DNA of 21,474 nucleotides from Salpingoeca rosetta (lineage: Eukaryota; Protista; Choanoflagellata). The position numbers were made by a program, and so were the translations under genes. Position 1 is the stretch's first letter, and each line of letters starts with the position of its first letter. The notes below the pieces were generated by a model. The model was not told the origin of the DNA. It ran no database searches and worked only from the letters and a program-made list of their open reading frames with translations. Below are positions 20,235-21,474 of the stretch, piece by piece. The stretch is from contig JAWQFM010000025.1 in assembly GCA_033442325.1 (NCBI GenBank), positions 1,053,147 through 1,074,620 on the forward strand, given 5' to 3'.

Positions 20235-20476
20235 GGGGGAGCCACTTCCCTCAACCTATTCTCAAACTTTAAATGGGTAAGGCGGCGCGCTTTCTTTGTT
20301 TATGAAGCGGGCAATGCTGAATAACCGAGTCTCAAGTGGGCCATTTTTGGTAAGCAGAACTGGCGATGCGGGATGAACCGAACGCGGAGTTAGGGTGCCG
20401 GAATCGACGCTCATGAGAACCCACAAAAGGTGTTGGTTGATATAGACAGCAGGACGGTGGCCATGGAAGTCGGAAT

Positions 20477-20510
<34 letters not shown>

Positions 20511-21474
20511 TCAACTAGCCCTGAAAATGGATGGCGCTCAAGCGTCGTACCTATACTCCGCTGTGTGTGGAAGAAGGCGAGCGAAGCGAGCATTCGTGCT
20601 TGTTGCGTCTCAAAACTACATGTAGCCACACACAAGTAGGTGGGCGTGGAGGTGTTTGCGTGAGAGCAATCTTTTGAACAAGCCGTTGAAGCCTGTGGCG
20701 TGAGCCTGGGTGGAGGGGCCTCCAGTGCAGATCTTGGTGACAGTAGCAACGATTCAAATGAGAGCTTTGAAGACTGAAGTGGAGCAAGGTTCCGTGGGAA
20801 CAGCAGTTGGCCACGGGTGAGTCGGTCCTAAGAGATGGGGCAGTCCTGTGTCAAGTGGGGAGTTGTTGCGTGTGTGTGGGTGGTGGTGATATTATCGCCA
20901 TGCTTGCACACGTGTTGATTACCCCAGTCCATCGAAAGGGAACCAGGTTAAGATTCCTGGACCAACGCACGCCACAAAGAATGTTTTGATAGAGCAGCGG
21001 CAACGCGTACAAACTCGGAGACGCTGCCGGGGGCCCTGGAAAGAGTTTTCTTTTCTTTTTAACGAGCTGCATTGTGGGGGGGAGTAAGGGGGACGAGTGT
21101 TAGTTTATTCTGCGCTCTTCAACCTTCGTCCTCACATTCTCTGACCCTGGAATCAGTTTGGCTGGAGATGGGGTGAGAGGCTCGGCAAAGCACCACTGAC
21201 CTTTTTTTGTTGTGGTGTCCGGCGCGTTCCCGGCGGTCCATGAAAATCCGAGGGTGTGAATGGTAGCAGTGTGGGGGGAAGAAGAGAAGCACTTGTGCTA
21301 ATCTATTTTCTCCGCTGCATGTGGGCGTGGTTGGCCGTACTGATAACCGCAGCAGGTCTCCAAGGTGAAGAGCCTCTAGTTTGATAGACGAATGTAGGTA
21401 AGGGAAGTCGGCAAAATAGATCCGTAAGCTCGCGATAAGGATTGGCTCAAGAGGTTGATTGTGTGTGTGGGGGT
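18813..21474 (+). rRNA. 28S (LSU) ribosomal RNA, 5' part, truncated by window end
   Basis: GTTGACCTCAGGTCAGG...CTGAACTTAAGCATATC, GAACAAGTACCGTGAGGGAAAGATG, CCCGTCTTGAAACACGGACCAAGGAG, CGAAGTTTCCCTCAGGATAGC, GCAGGTCTCCAAGGTGAA and GTAAGGGAAGTCGGCAAA occur in the canonical order. Confidence 0.99.

Noticed and set aside
14999-21474. ORFs overlapping 18S/5.8S/28S, and group I introns or R-element insertions
   Set aside because: The ORFs are incidental translations of rRNA. Extra sequence is confined to variable regions as short hairpins, conserved cores are uninterrupted, and the R1/R2 target region lies beyond the window end.
14999-21474. rDNA pseudogene interpretation of the divergent sequence
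   Set aside because: Substitutions in conserved helices are largely compensatory and all core motifs are in order.

Overview
Eukaryotic nuclear rDNA locus in a microsatellite-rich genome. The (CA/TG)n saturation and style are reminiscent of the choanoflagellate Salpingoeca rosetta; this is an inference, not a search result. The right third holds a + strand Pol I unit: 5' ETS, an unusually long 18S (~2.1 kb, 14999-17097), ITS1, an expanded 5.8S (~185 nt), ITS2 and the 5' part of 28S, which runs off the window. About 13.7 kb upstream, on the - strand, is an intact 5S rRNA gene (1181-1300) with internal promoter, TATA-like element and T9 terminator. Between them lie ~10 kb of low-complexity spacer, a 63/74-bp subrepeat array (11638-12088) and a palindrome-rich candidate regulatory zone (12090-12850). 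The rRNAs are divergent but show compensatory base changes, and their expansion segments are built from GT-microsatellite-like sequence folding through G-U pairs. No protein-coding gene can be supported; the ORF track reflects simple repeats and rRNA. Two assembly gaps are present.
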